DNA from: Myxococcota bacterium
Lineage (GTDB): Bacteria > Myxococcota_A > UBA9160 > UBA4427
Direction: 5' to 3'
DNA length: 64,000 nucleotides
NCBI GenBank assembly: GCA_965250285.1
Contig: OZ252299.1
Span: 1,056,001 to 1,120,000, forward strand
The notes under the pieces were generated by a model. That model was not told the DNA's origin. It saw nothing but the letters and a program-made list of their open reading frames with translations, and did no database searches. This document shows positions 50,423-61,471 of the stretch, in pieces. A program made the translations under genes and the position numbers. Position 1 is the first letter of the stretch, and every line of letters begins with the position of its first letter.

Positions 50423-52141
50423 ATGAAGGGCCTGAAGCCCGGTCAGCCGGTTCTGACCGTCACGAATCTCAAACGCAAGTTCGGCGACCGCGTCGTGCTG
50501 AAGGACATCCACTTCAGCTTGCAGCCCGGCGATCGCGTCGGCGTACTCGGCGTGAACGGCACCGGCAAGTCGACGCTCATGAAGATCGTCGCCGGGCGCG
50601 ATCCCGAGTTCGAAGGCGTGTGCGCCTTCGCCAAGGGGGCGACGGTCGGCTACGTGCCGCAAGAGCCCGAGCTCGACCTCGACAAGACGGTGCGAGAGAA
50701 CGTCGAGCAGGCGGTCGCCGACACGCGCGCTCTGCAGGCCCGCTATGAAGAGATCCTCAAGCTCTGGGAGGATCCGAAGGTCCTCGAGAGCGAAGAGCTG
50801 ACGAACGATCTGCTGACCGAGCAGGGTGAGGTTCAAGAAGAGCTCGAGCACCGTGACGCGTTCGATCCCGGCAAGCTCGACGCAAAGATCGAGCAGGCCA
50901 TGGAGGCGCTGCGACTGCCGCCCGATGACAAGGTGTGCTCGGTGCTCTCGGGGGGTGAGAAGCGCCGCGTGTCGCTGTGCCGCGAGCTGCTCGCGCACCC
51001 CGACGTGTTGATCCTCGACGAGCCGACCAACCACCTCGACGCCGACACGATCACGTGGCTCGAGCACTTCCTCGCCGACTACACGGGCACGTACATGCTC
51101 GTGACCCACGATCGTTACTTCCTCGACCGCGTGGCGACGCGCATGCTCGAGATCAGCCACGGCTTGATCAAGTCGTACGACGGCAACTACAGCGACTTCC
51201 TCGAGGCGAAGCAGAAGCAGCAGGAGATTCAGGACCGCACCGACGCGAACCTGTTGAAGGCCGTTGCCCGCGAGCTCGAGTGGGTTCGGTCGACGCCGGC
51301 GGCCCGCCGCACCAAGAGCAAGGCCCGTCTCAAGGCCTACGACCAGCTCGTCGAGGAGGCGACCAAGATCATTCCGGCGCAGGAGCTCGACCTGCGGATC
51401 CCCTTCGGCCCTCGGCTCGGCAGCACGGTCCTGCGGCTGCACGACGTTGCGAAGCGATACGGCGAGAAGACGCTCTTCGAGCACCTGAGCTGGGACATGC
51501 CCCACGGTGCCATCGTCGGCATCACGGGCGCGAACGGCCTCGGCAAGACCACGCTGCTCAATCTGATGACCGGGCGAGACGAGCCCGACGAGGGCAGCGT
51601 CGAGATCGGTCAGAACACGAAGTTCTGCTACGTCGACCAGACGCGGCAGACGCTCCAGGACGACAAGACGGTCTACGAAGAGGTCGCCGAGGGCAGCGAG
51701 GTGATCGAGTACGGCGACAAGGACCTCTCCGTTCGGCACTACCTGGCGCGATTTCTCTTCAGCGGCTCGATCCAGCAGACGCGGGTGGGCGACCTCTCGG
51801 GCGGCGAGCGCAACCGTGTTCAGCTCGCGAAGTTTCTGCGCAACCCGAGCAACTTCATCATTCTCGATGAGCCGACGAACGACCTCGACCTGATGACCCT
51901 GCGCGTGCTCGAGGAGGCGCTCCTGTCGTTCCCCGGCTGTGCGATCGTCGTCTCGCATGACCGCTACTTCCTCGACCGCGTCGCCACCCACATCATCGGC
52001 TTCGAGGGCGATGGCCGCGTCGAGTTCTGCGCGGGGGCGTGGGAGACGTACGTCGAGCAGCGCGCGGCGCGCGAGGCCGCCGACGGAGGGCAGGGGCCTT
52101 CTCAGGCCTTCAAGCACCGCAAGATCTCGCGCGCGCACTGA
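50423..52141 (+). CDS. ettA: ABC-F ATPase, energy-dependent translational throttle EttA-like
   Basis: Two ABC domains with no TM segments; linker ELEWVRSTPAARRTKSKARL; GPRLG. Confidence 0.85.
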   Translation: MKGLKPGQPVLTVTNLKRKFGDRVVLKDIHFSLQPGDRVGVLGVNGTGKSTLMKIVAGRDPEFEGVCAFAKGATVGYVPQEPELDLDKTVRENVEQAVADTRALQARYEEILKLWEDPKVLESEELTNDLLTEQGEVQEELEHRDAFDPGKLDAKIEQAMEALRLPPDDKVCSVLSGGEKRRVSLCRELLAHPDVLILDEPTNHLDADTITWLEHFLADYTGTYMLVTHDRYFLDRVATRMLEISHGLIKSYDGNYSDFLEAKQKQQEIQDRTDANLLKAVARELEWVRSTPAARRTKSKARLKAYDQLVEEATKIIPAQELDLRIPFGPRLGSTVLRLHDVAKRYGEKTLFEHLSWDMPHGAIVGITGANGLGKTTLLNLMTGRDEPDEGSVEIGQNTKFCYVDQTRQTLQDDKTVYEEVAEGSEVIEYGDKDLSVRHYLARFLFSGSIQQTRVGDLSGGERNRVQLAKFLRNPSNFIILDEPTNDLDLMTLRVLEEALLSFPGCAIVVSHDRYFLDRVATHIIGFEGDGRVEFCAGAWETYVEQRAAREAADGGQGPSQAFKHRKISRAH

Positions 52142-52527
52142 CCGCCGGCTCGGCGGCCGAGTGGGCCCACGCGTTTCGGCGCGACGCGTCGACGCAGGGC
52201 GTCGTGCTGCGGCTGGGTGCTCTTCGCGGCCCGGGTTGCGGGTTTCACCGGGGTTCGATCGTTCGATGGCGCCGAATTCGATCGGCGACCGAGCACGCGG
52301 GCGCGCACCGTCTTCCGATGCGAGCTGCCTGTCGGTTGCGAACCGCCGAGCGGTGACGAGCATCGAATCTCGACACGAATGGGGGCCTCACGCGACATCC
52401 TTGAAGGGCCTGTCGGGTTCTGGCTGCGCGGGGCAGGGAGATTGCTCTGGATTCGCGAAGACCCAATCGGCATGATCCGGGGGTGGCACGTTTGAGCTGG
52501 CGACGAGCGGAGCGGACGGTGGGATCG

Positions 52528-53658
52528 ATGCGGCGCGACGACACGCGCGGCCGCCGGGCACAGATCCAAAGCCCGATCCTGTCGCTCGTCTCTCTTCTGG
52601 GCCTCCGCGGCGCTCCGGGCGCCGCTCTCGCGATCCTGGGCGCTCTCCTGTTGGCTCCGGACGTGGGCCTGGCCATCGACTCCGACGCCGTCGATGCGAG
52701 TGAGCAGCCGCCCTCCGAGAAGCCCGAGACCCCCGAGCTGCCCGTGGTCTCGTTGGCGCCGCCGCCGAGCGACTCTTCGGCGCTCTGGGGCTCGGAGACC
52801 GCCACCGCCGAGACGTTCGACTACGACGCGCTGCCCGGTCGCCTCGCCGACGAGAAGCTGCGCCCGCTGTGGTATGCCGGCCTGACGCACGAGCGGGCCG
52901 AGCGTCTGCTCGAGTCGTCGGAGCAGTACGAGCGCATCGTCGCTCAGGTGCCCGAAGAGTCGTTCACCTACTGGCGGTTGGCGCGCAACTACTGGCGCGC
53001 CGGCGAGGCACTGCCGGCCGACGCGGCCGATGAACGCCTGACGTACTTCAAGCGGGCCGAGCACTGGGCTGCGCGCGGCATCGCCGTCGATCCCGACTGC
53101 GCCCCGTGCATGCTCTGGCAGTTCGTCTCGATGGGCCGGCAGGCGACGACCGAGGGCATCTGGACCGCGGCCCGCTACGCAAAGGAGATGTCGCAGCTCG
53201 TCGAGCGGGGCATCGAGCTCGAGCCCGAGCACAGCGACGATCCCGGCAACTCGGTGCTGGGCAACCTCTACTACTCGGGCGCCGTGTTCTATCGCTTCGT
53301 GCCCGACAGCTGGTGGGTCAAGTTGCTGATCGGCGTTCGAGGCGACCTCGACCGCTCGCTCGAGTTCATCCGCAGCGCGGTCGAGATCTCGGAGCAGCGC
53401 GTCGACTATCGCGTCGAACTGGGGACCGTGCTGCTGTGTCAGGGCCAGCGCAAGAAGAACGGGGACCACGTGGCCGAGGGGCTGGCCGTGCTCGAGGCGG
53501 CGCGTGCGTTGCCGACCTACCTCAGCACCGACCACCTCGACATCGAGCACGCCGGGATGCTGATCGAGAACCCGAAGCTCGCTTGCGGGTACTCTCGGGA
53601 CGGCTTCATCGACATGGACGAGGTCGTGAGCCGGGCCAAGGTGGCGAGCCAGCAGTAG
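52528..53658 (+). CDS. Secreted TPR-like helical protein (TatT/RMDN-like)
   Basis: Signal peptide; YWRLARNY, RGIELEP, FYRFVP..GDLDRSLEF. Start is uncertain. Confidence 0.6.
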   Translation: MRRDDTRGRRAQIQSPILSLVSLLGLRGAPGAALAILGALLLAPDVGLAIDSDAVDASEQPPSEKPETPELPVVSLAPPPSDSSALWGSETATAETFDYDALPGRLADEKLRPLWYAGLTHERAERLLESSEQYERIVAQVPEESFTYWRLARNYWRAGEALPADAADERLTYFKRAEHWAARGIAVDPDCAPCMLWQFVSMGRQATTEGIWTAARYAKEMSQLVERGIELEPEHSDDPGNSVLGNLYYSGAVFYRFVPDSWWVKLLIGVRGDLDRSLEFIRSAVEISEQRVDYRVELGTVLLCQGQRKKNGDHVAEGLAVLEAARALPTYLSTDHLDIEHAGMLIENPKLACGYSRDGFIDMDEVVSRAKVASQQ

Positions 53659-53722
53659 GGGGCCGCCCCGCCATCAGGGGATGGGCCCGCGTCGGCCTCG
53701 AAGCGCCGCTCAGGGCCATTCT

Positions 53723-54475
53723 GTGACCGACGCTCGGCTCCCCGTGATTCCGCACCGCAACGCGATCGACACGCTCTTCCTCGACGTGGGCAATACCCTC
53801 ATCTCGATGGACTTCGACTGGATCGCCGACGTGCTCGGCGAAGCCGGGCTCGACGTGTCGGCCGAGGCCGTCCGACGCGCCGAAGCGGCCGCGCGGCCCG
53901 CGACCTCCCGCAGCCTGCACACCCAGAGCGAGCGCGAGCCCGAGCGGCTCTTTCGCTACCGGTTCGGGCTGATCCTCGACGAGGTCGAGGCGCGCACGCT
54001 CGACCGGGCCGACGGGGACCGCGCTGCGTTGCTCGATCTGTTGAACCAGCGCCTGCGCGTCGAGCGGGGGACGCGGCGCCTGTGGTCGATGGTGATGCCG
54101 CGCATCCCGGCGGCGCTCGAGCAACTGGTGGCCGCGGGGCTGCAGTTGGTCGTGGTGAGCAACGCCGACGGCACGATCGAGAACGAGCTCGTCGAGGCCG
54201 GTCTACGCCCCCACTTCGACGTCGTGATCGATTCGCATCACGTGGGTTTCGAGAAGCCCGATCGGCGCATCTTCGAGGTGGCGCTCGAGCGATCGGGCGC
54301 CGACCCGGCGCGCACGCTGCACGTCGGTGATCTCTACGACGCCGACGTGACGGGCGCCCGCGACGCGGGCGTGCACGCGCTGCTGCTCGATCCGTATCTC
54401 GACTGGCCGCCGCTCGATTGCGCGAGCCTCGGGAGCCTGCCCGAGCTGGTCGAGCACTGGGACGGCATCGTCTGA
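53723..54475 (+). CDS. HAD-superfamily hydrolase (IA)
   Basis: DVGNTL, VSNAD, EKPD, HVGD...DVTGA. Confidence 0.9.
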   Translation: MTDARLPVIPHRNAIDTLFLDVGNTLISMDFDWIADVLGEAGLDVSAEAVRRAEAAARPATSRSLHTQSEREPERLFRYRFGLILDEVEARTLDRADGDRAALLDLLNQRLRVERGTRRLWSMVMPRIPAALEQLVAAGLQLVVVSNADGTIENELVEAGLRPHFDVVIDSHHVGFEKPDRRIFEVALERSGADPARTLHVGDLYDADVTGARDAGVHALLLDPYLDWPPLDCASLGSLPELVEHWDGIV

Positions 54476-54535
54476 GGACGACGTTGCCCGACGCGCCGGG
54501 CTTGCGGCGCAACGACACCCGCCGCCGCTCGCTGG

Positions 54536-55393
54536 CTACGACGCGACGCGCTCTTCCTCGTCGATGGTCATGTACGGGCGGTCGCTGCGGTAGCGCGCGG
54601 GCGGGCACCCCATGCGCTGGGCGAAGACGCGCGTGAAGTAGTAGCGGTTCGCGAAGCCGCAGCTCTCGGCGATCTCGTCGATCGACTGCCCGGTCGAGAT
54701 CAGCAGCTCGGCGGCCTTTCGCAGTCGCCGATCCTGCACGTAGCGCCCGGGCGTCCGGCCCGTCGCCTCGCGGAAGCGCCGGATGAAGCGCGACTCGCTC
54801 GCCATCGCAATCTCGGCGAGCTTCGCGTTGCTGAGCGGTTGGTCGAGGTTCGCGTCGATGTGCTGGAGCACGGCGAGCAGCTCCTGCTGCCCTTCCGCGA
54901 TGCGCAGGAACCGCGTCGCCCGCTCTTCGGGGATCTCGGCGAGCGCATCGGCCGAGGCCAGGTGAACGAGTGCTTTCAGCCGGCTGGCGATCACCGGCTC
55001 GATCTCCTTCGCGACCTTCACTTCTTCGATCACCTGCGCGAGCAGGGCATCGCGCAGGGGTTCGGGGTCGAGGAAGACCGGGCCGGGCACGATCTCCTGC
55101 GCGGCCTTCGCCGGCCAGCCGACGAACTCGAAGTACACGAAGAACTGGCTGACTGGACTGTCCACGACGACGTCGAACTCGAGGCCTGCGGGCACCAGGA
55201 CCAGTCGATTCGCGGGCAGGGGGTGCAGCTCGGAGCCGACTCGGAGGGTGATCCCGTCCGCCTCGTTCAGATACAGTCGCCAGACGTCGCGAATGCGATC
55301 CGACTCGGCCCACCACGAGCCAGCAGTCGCGTAAGAAGCTGAAAACAAACGGACATTGAGCGGTTCGGCGATGCCGGGGAAGACGAAGTTCAT
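54536..55393 (-). CDS. AraC family transcriptional regulator
   Basis: C-terminal double HTH: LAEIAMASESRFIRRF, IAESCGFANRYYFTRVF..GCPPARYR; RBS AGGAGG. Confidence 0.92.
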   Translation of the reverse strand: MNFVFPGIAEPLNVRLFSASYATAGSWWAESDRIRDVWRLYLNEADGITLRVGSELHPLPANRLVLVPAGLEFDVVVDSPVSQFFVYFEFVGWPAKAAQEIVPGPVFLDPEPLRDALLAQVIEEVKVAKEIEPVIASRLKALVHLASADALAEIPEERATRFLRIAEGQQELLAVLQHIDANLDQPLSNAKLAEIAMASESRFIRRFREATGRTPGRYVQDRRLRKAAELLISTGQSIDEIAESCGFANRYYFTRVFAQRMGCPPARYRSDRPYMTIDEEERVAS

Positions 55394-55428
55394 GCTGATG
55401 CCTCCTGGGTCGGTTCGTGCGGCCGCCA

Positions 55429-55434
55429 ATTATA
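55429..55434 (-). promoter_or_regulatory. Putative -10 element of the araC-family gene
   Basis: Perfect TATAAT on the minus strand in an AT-rich patch; no good -35 at 17 bp. Confidence 0.4.
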
Positions 55435-55626
55435 TACACGAGATCCAGAGATTGGGGTTGCAAAAAACGGCACGTCTCTGTCAGTGTGCGTCGCCGATGC
55501 GAGGCCGCAGCCGGGCTCCCGTGGGATGTGTCCATTCCGGGATCCTGGGGCGAGCCCGCTAGGCCCCGGGGGCGGGGTCGGGTTCGTGCACGCGACGTCC
55601 AGGGGGCGTGCAGGGGGAGACGAGAG

Positions 55627-55926
55627 ATGGTGCGCCACGTCGTGGCCTTTCGATTCAAGGCAGATACGACCGCCGAGCAGCGCGAGCGTGTGGTGGCCGG
55701 GCTCGAGACGCTGCCGGGTCAGATCGACGACATCCGGCGCTATGCGTTCGGTCCCGACCTGGGGCTCGCCGAGGGCAACTTCGACTTCGTGGTCGTGGGC
55801 GACTTCGACGATGCGGCGGCCTACCAGCGGTACGCGGGGCACGCGGCCCATCAGGCGCTGATTCGCGACGTCATCCGGCCCGTGCTCGCCGACCGCGTCG
55901 CCGTGCAATACGAGATCGAGGGCTGA
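55627..55926 (+). CDS. Dabb (stress-responsive A/B barrel) protein
   Basis: MVRHVVAFRF...GPD...FDD..AYQRY..H.AH. Confidence 0.88.
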   Translation: MVRHVVAFRFKADTTAEQRERVVAGLETLPGQIDDIRRYAFGPDLGLAEGNFDFVVVGDFDDAAAYQRYAGHAAHQALIRDVIRPVLADRVAVQYEIEG

Positions 55927-56180
55927 CAGTGCGGCCCGTCGAGCAGGCGACGTGGCCCGCGCACGCCTCGTGCGAAGCCCCGAGTGTGCCGGCGTGTTTT
56001 CTCTCGACGAATCGCGGCGAGGTCGATTCGACGCGGGGGGTTCTGCCCCGCCTGTGCCCGTCTCGACCAAAACGGTGCCAGATGCTGTCGAGCGCGCGAT
56101 CCGTCGTTGACGCGACAACCCCATCCGGGTTCCATTCGCGGCCGCATCGGGGCGTCCGACCCCGTCGAGAGGGGGTCTCG

Positions 56181-58838
56181 TTGCGTGTGAATCGATTCGT
56201 CCGGGTGGGCCGGCACCCGTTCCATCCTGGACGTGCGGATCGGCGGGGCACGGCGCGGCTGCGACGCGCGCTGACCTTCGCCTGGCTCCTCGCCGTGGCT
56301 CTGGTGATGGTCGGTCCGCTCGACGCGCTCGCACAGTCGGCGTCCGACCGCGCCGCCGCCGAGGTCGAAGAGGCCGATGCCGCGGCGGACGCGTTCGAGG
56401 AGATGGTCGACGAAGAGGGCGCCGAGGCCGAGGCCGAGGCAGTCGAGGAGGCGGCGGACGACTTCGACGAGTTCGATGCGTTCGACGCGGCGGCCGCCGC
56501 GAGCGAGCCCGACGACGTCAACACCGACGTCCTCGCCGATCAGACCGATCCGGCCATCGTCGACGACGACGCCGAGGAGCCGATCGGCGCCTACCAAGGC
56601 CTCGAAGAGCTGACGGTCACCGCTGCCAAGCGAAAGCAGTCGGTGCAGGACGTGCCGATCTCGGTCACCGCGATCCAGGGCGACTTCCTGCAAGAGACGG
56701 GCACGACCGGCTTCGCCGAGATCCAGAAGTTCGTGCCGAACCTGCAGATCCTGCCGGTGACCGACACGCGTTCGACGAGCATCCGCATCCGCGGCATCGG
56801 CTCGGTGGGCACGAACGCGGGCATCGACCCGAGCGTCGGTGTCTTCATCGACGGCGTGTACCAGGGGCGCGCCGGCATGAGCGTGAACGATCTGCTCGAC
56901 ATCGAGCGCATCGAGGTGCTCCGCGGTCCGCAGGGCACGCTCTACGGCAAGAACACCGCAGCCGGCGCGATCAGCATCATCACCCGCGATCCCACAGACG
57001 AATACGAGTTCACGGGTGAGACCGTGCTCGGCAACTACAGCCAGAGGGAGTTTCGGGGCTCGGTCAACATCCCGATGATCGAAGAGACTCTGGCGGCGCG
57101 CATCTCGGGCTACAAGGTGATGCGCGACGGCTTCGACACGAACCGCTTCAACGGCGAGCGGGTGAATACGGCCGACAAGTGGGGCGCGCGCATCAAGCTG
57201 CTCTACCAGCCCACCGAGACGACCGACCTCCTCGTGAACGGCGACTATTCGGTCGACGCCTCGAAGTGTTGTGTCGCCGACATCATCACATATCAGGGGC
57301 CGAACAGCCTTGGGATCGACTTCAACGATCTGGCCGATGCGAGTGGGATTCCTCTGGCGAAGGAGGACCCCTATGACCGCATCGTCGGCGCGAACGTCGA
57401 TCCGTTCAACCGTGTCACCGTCGGCGGCGTTTCGCTCAAGGCGGCGCAGGAGATCGGTGACTACGAGCTCAGCTGGCTGAACGCGTGGCGCAGCTACACC
57501 TCGGACAGCCAGTTCGACGCCGACTTCTCGATCTACGACGCCGTCTTCTCGCGCACCGACGTCGACTACTGGCAGTTCTCGAGTGAGCTGTTGCTCGTTT
57601 CGCCGGGTGGCGAGACGATCGAGTACCAGGCTGGGCTCTACTACTACATGTCGAACCTGCACACCGTTGACGTGCTCGGGTGGTCTGAGTTCTATGCGGA
57701 TCAGTCGGCGCTGCTCAGCGGGATCGGTGCCGCATTCAACGTGAACGACAACGTCCACAAGACGTTCAGCGCGTCGGGCTTCAGCCAGATGACGTGGAAC
57801 TTCGCTGAAGACTGGAGCCTGACGGGCGGCTTTCGCCTCGACTACGAGCGCAAGACGCGCGACGGGACGAGCATCTCGGAGCCGGAGGACTGCAAGAACC
57901 TCGGCGCTCCGCCGGTCTGCGGCCCCGACAGCGCGCGCAATCAGGCCCGCCACGTGTGGAACCCGCAGGGCACGGCGATCCTGCGCTACCGCCCCACCGA
58001 TACGGTCATGGCGTATGCGAGCATCGCCAACGGCTTCAAGTCGGGCGGCTTCAATCAGCTGCGCACGTCGGCCAGCGAAGGGTTGGCCGGCGCAGAGTTC
58101 GACGACGAGAAGTCGCTGAACGCCGAGATCGGCACGAAGACGACCTGGATCGACGGGACTCTGCTCTTCAATCTCACGGGCTACTTCACGTGGTATCGCG
58201 ACTTCCAGGCCCAGCTCTTCAACGGCTCGGTCATCACGGTCGATAATGCGGGCAGCATGCGAAGCTCGGGCATCGAGTCGGAGGTGCGCTGGGTGCCCGA
58301 CTTCTCGATCTTCCCCGATCGCAACTTCGTGCTCGGCGGCTCGCTCGGCGTGAACATCACGGCCTATGGCGACTATGAAGGGGCGCCCGCGACGTTGCCC
58401 CAGCAGGCCGAGATCGTCGGCACCGACAATGCGGTCGGCATCCTCTGTGGCTTCCGGCCCGATGGCTGCACCCAGGATCTCACGGGCGAGCGCATCGACA
58501 ATGCGCCGCGCATCACGCTCACGCTCTTCAGCTCGTACGAGCGCGAGATTCCCGGAACCGACCTGATCTGGTACTCGAGCGGCAACTACCTCTACGAGAC
58601 GTTCAAGTACCTCGATACCGATCTCGACCCGAACACGATCCAGACGCCGATCCACCTGCTCGGCCTGCGCACCGGGTTCAAGACCCCGAACGACATGATC
58701 GACGTCTCGTTCTGGGTCGAGAACACGCTGAACGAGCGGTGGTGGGTTACGTCGTCCGACGTGCCGATCGTGTCGGGCTACTTCGCCGTCAATGCGCCGC
58801 CGCGCACGTTCGGCGGGACGCTGCGCATCCGCTACTGA
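56181..58838 (+). CDS. TonB-dependent outer membrane receptor
   Basis: Signal peptide, TonB box LEELTVTA, plug IERIEVLRGPQGTLYGKN, GFKSGGFN, C-terminal PRTFGGTLRIRY. Start is uncertain (56181 or 56187). Confidence 0.93.
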   Translation: MRVNRFVRVGRHPFHPGRADRRGTARLRRALTFAWLLAVALVMVGPLDALAQSASDRAAAEVEEADAAADAFEEMVDEEGAEAEAEAVEEAADDFDEFDAFDAAAAASEPDDVNTDVLADQTDPAIVDDDAEEPIGAYQGLEELTVTAAKRKQSVQDVPISVTAIQGDFLQETGTTGFAEIQKFVPNLQILPVTDTRSTSIRIRGIGSVGTNAGIDPSVGVFIDGVYQGRAGMSVNDLLDIERIEVLRGPQGTLYGKNTAAGAISIITRDPTDEYEFTGETVLGNYSQREFRGSVNIPMIEETLAARISGYKVMRDGFDTNRFNGERVNTADKWGARIKLLYQPTETTDLLVNGDYSVDASKCCVADIITYQGPNSLGIDFNDLADASGIPLAKEDPYDRIVGANVDPFNRVTVGGVSLKAAQEIGDYELSWLNAWRSYTSDSQFDADFSIYDAVFSRTDVDYWQFSSELLLVSPGGETIEYQAGLYYYMSNLHTVDVLGWSEFYADQSALLSGIGAAFNVNDNVHKTFSASGFSQMTWNFAEDWSLTGGFRLDYERKTRDGTSISEPEDCKNLGAPPVCGPDSARNQARHVWNPQGTAILRYRPTDTVMAYASIANGFKSGGFNQLRTSASEGLAGAEFDDEKSLNAEIGTKTTWIDGTLLFNLTGYFTWYRDFQAQLFNGSVITVDNAGSMRSSGIESEVRWVPDFSIFPDRNFVLGGSLGVNITAYGDYEGAPATLPQQAEIVGTDNAVGILCGFRPDGCTQDLTGERIDNAPRITLTLFSSYEREIPGTDLIWYSSGNYLYETFKYLDTDLDPNTIQTPIHLLGLRTGFKTPNDMIDVSFWVENTLNERWWVTSSDVPIVSGYFAVNAPPRTFGGTLRIRY

Positions 58839-58865
58839 TCGGCTCGGCGGTCAGCCGCGTCGCGG

Positions 58866-60695
58866 TCAGGCGTCGCTCGATCCGTTCTTGTCGAAGAGCG
58901 TCGGGTTCTCGCGCTTCTGCCGGGAGTGGGGCAGGGTGACGGTGAAGGTCGTTCCTTCGCCGACGATGCTCGCGACGGTGATGTCGCCGCCGAGCGCGCG
59001 CAAGAGATGCTTCACGATCGAAAGACCGAGACCGGTGCTGCCGATGACGCGTGAGCGCGCGGCGTCGACGCGGTAGAAGCGCTCGAAGATGCGATCGAGG
59101 TCGGTTTCGGGGATGCCGATGCCCGTATCGCGCACCGCGATCTCGATGCGATCCTCCATCGCCGCCAGATCGACGTCGACGTGGCCACCCGCGTTCGTGT
59201 AGCGCACCGCGTTCGTGAGCAGGTTGCTGATGATCTGCTCGACCGATTCGCGATCGGACCAGCAGATGAGCTCCTCGTCCTTGCAGTGCAGCTCGGCGGT
59301 CAGCTCGGCCTCGTGCAGGCGCGGCTGCAGGTCGCGGAGCAACAGCTGGCAGAGCTTGACGAGGTCGATCTCGCTCTCTTCGATCACGGCCTTGCCGCTC
59401 TCGATGCGTGACAGCTGAAGCAGGTCGTCGACCAGATCGGCCATGCGCTGGCTGTTGCGCGCGATCACCTCGAGATACGGGCCGATCGCCTCCTTGTCGA
59501 GGTCGGCGTTCACGAGCGTGTCGGCGAAGCCGCGGATCGCCGTCAGCGGTGTTCGCAGCTCGTGGGACGCGTTGGCGATGAAGTCGCTGCGCACCCGATC
59601 GACGCGGCGAAGCTCCGTCACGTCGTGCAGCACCGCGACGGTGCCGAGTCGATCCCCCTCCTTGGGGAAGCGACCCGCGTGCACCATCACCGTGCGCTCG
59701 CGGGGCACCACGACGTTCACCTCTCCGACCACGATTTCGTCGCTCGCCAGCGCCTGGTCGAGGGTGACGTTCACGTCGAACGAGCGCACGACCTCGGCGG
59801 CGAGGCGGCCCTCGACGGGGCCCCAGATGTCGAACATCTCGCGCAACCGCGGGTTGGCCAGCATGACCCGGTTCTCGGTATCGAGTACGAGCACGCCCTC
59901 GGCCATGGCGCTCAGCACCGCTTCGAGCTGGTCGCGTTCTCGCGTGGCTTGATTCGCGCGATCGCGAAGCTGCCGCGCCATGCGATTGATGGCCGTCGCG
60001 ATCTCGGTGCGCTCGTCGAAGCTGCCCTCCCAGTGGAGGCGTCGGTCGAGGTTGCCCTCCGAGATCGCGGCGACGGTCGCCCCGAGTTCTTCGATCGGCC
60101 GCAGCGTGAAGCGCGAGAGGATGACCGACAGGCCGACGGCCGCGATCAGCCCGAAGACGCCGGCCCAGAAGAGGTCGAGCCTCAGGTCGGCGATGGCGGC
60201 GTCGACCTCGTGGAGGTCGACCGCGAGGCGCACGACGACCCGGGGTGGGCCTCCGGGCTCGTCGACGACGGGGGATGCGAAGTAGACGAGCTCGCGCTTG
60301 AGCGTTTCGCTCCTGCGCACCGAGCGACCTTCGCCCCCTGCGAGGGCGGTCACGACCTCGGCGCGCCCGCCGTGGTTGGGAACACTCAGGATCTCGTCGA
60401 ACGAGAGGGCCGAGTCACCGAGGACGACGCCATCGGGGGCGATCAGCGTGACCCGCGAGTGGGCCGCTTCGGACGTGTCCTTTGCGAAGGCGACGAGCTC
60501 CGGTGTCGGCTCGGGGCCGAAGTCGATGCGGCGGGCCATGGTTGCCACGAGATTCGTCTGACTCGCGAGGCCCTCGACGATCTCGTCGATCGTGCGCTTT
60601 CGCAGGCGCTGCTCGGCGAGGATGGCGGAGAGCGCGACGACCAGGACGACGAGCGCGGCCAGCGCGCCCACGATCTTCAGCTGGATCTTGGGCAT
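58866..60695 (-). CDS. phoR: Phosphate regulon sensor histidine kinase (HAMP-PAS-HisKA-HATPase)
   Basis: FIANASHELRTPL, FERFYRVDAARSR..GSTGLGL; located in the pho cluster. Confidence 0.9.
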   Translation of the reverse strand: MPKIQLKIVGALAALVVLVVALSAILAEQRLRKRTIDEIVEGLASQTNLVATMARRIDFGPEPTPELVAFAKDTSEAAHSRVTLIAPDGVVLGDSALSFDEILSVPNHGGRAEVVTALAGGEGRSVRRSETLKRELVYFASPVVDEPGGPPRVVVRLAVDLHEVDAAIADLRLDLFWAGVFGLIAAVGLSVILSRFTLRPIEELGATVAAISEGNLDRRLHWEGSFDERTEIATAINRMARQLRDRANQATRERDQLEAVLSAMAEGVLVLDTENRVMLANPRLREMFDIWGPVEGRLAAEVVRSFDVNVTLDQALASDEIVVGEVNVVVPRERTVMVHAGRFPKEGDRLGTVAVLHDVTELRRVDRVRSDFIANASHELRTPLTAIRGFADTLVNADLDKEAIGPYLEVIARNSQRMADLVDDLLQLSRIESGKAVIEESEIDLVKLCQLLLRDLQPRLHEAELTAELHCKDEELICWSDRESVEQIISNLLTNAVRYTNAGGHVDVDLAAMEDRIEIAVRDTGIGIPETDLDRIFERFYRVDAARSRVIGSTGLGLSIVKHLLRALGGDITVASIVGEGTTFTVTLPHSRQKRENPTLFDKNGSSDA

Positions 60696-60726
60696 GACGG
60701 TCTCCGGACCGGGAGGTGCCCGCCCC

Positions 60727-61407
<681 letters not shown>

Positions 61408-61471
61408 GGTGGGGTCCCTTCCGGTCGGCCGGATCGGCGCTCGTTTCTCGGCCGGCTCGGGCACGCGCCCG

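Noticed and set aside
52484..52500. Sigma54 promoter TGGCACG...GC
   Set aside because: The GG-to-GC spacing is 9 nt rather than the required 10, and there is no TTGC.
55927..56180. Cobalamin riboswitch upstream of the TonB-dependent receptor
   Set aside because: I could not find the conserved GGGAA / GCCACTG core elements; an Rfam scan would settle it.
55851..58655. Long antisense ORFs (934 aa here; also 50309-52363, 10686-12458, 35852-37609 and others)
   Set aside because: Shadow ORFs opposite well-supported genes, expected from high-GC codon bias; they show no family motifs.
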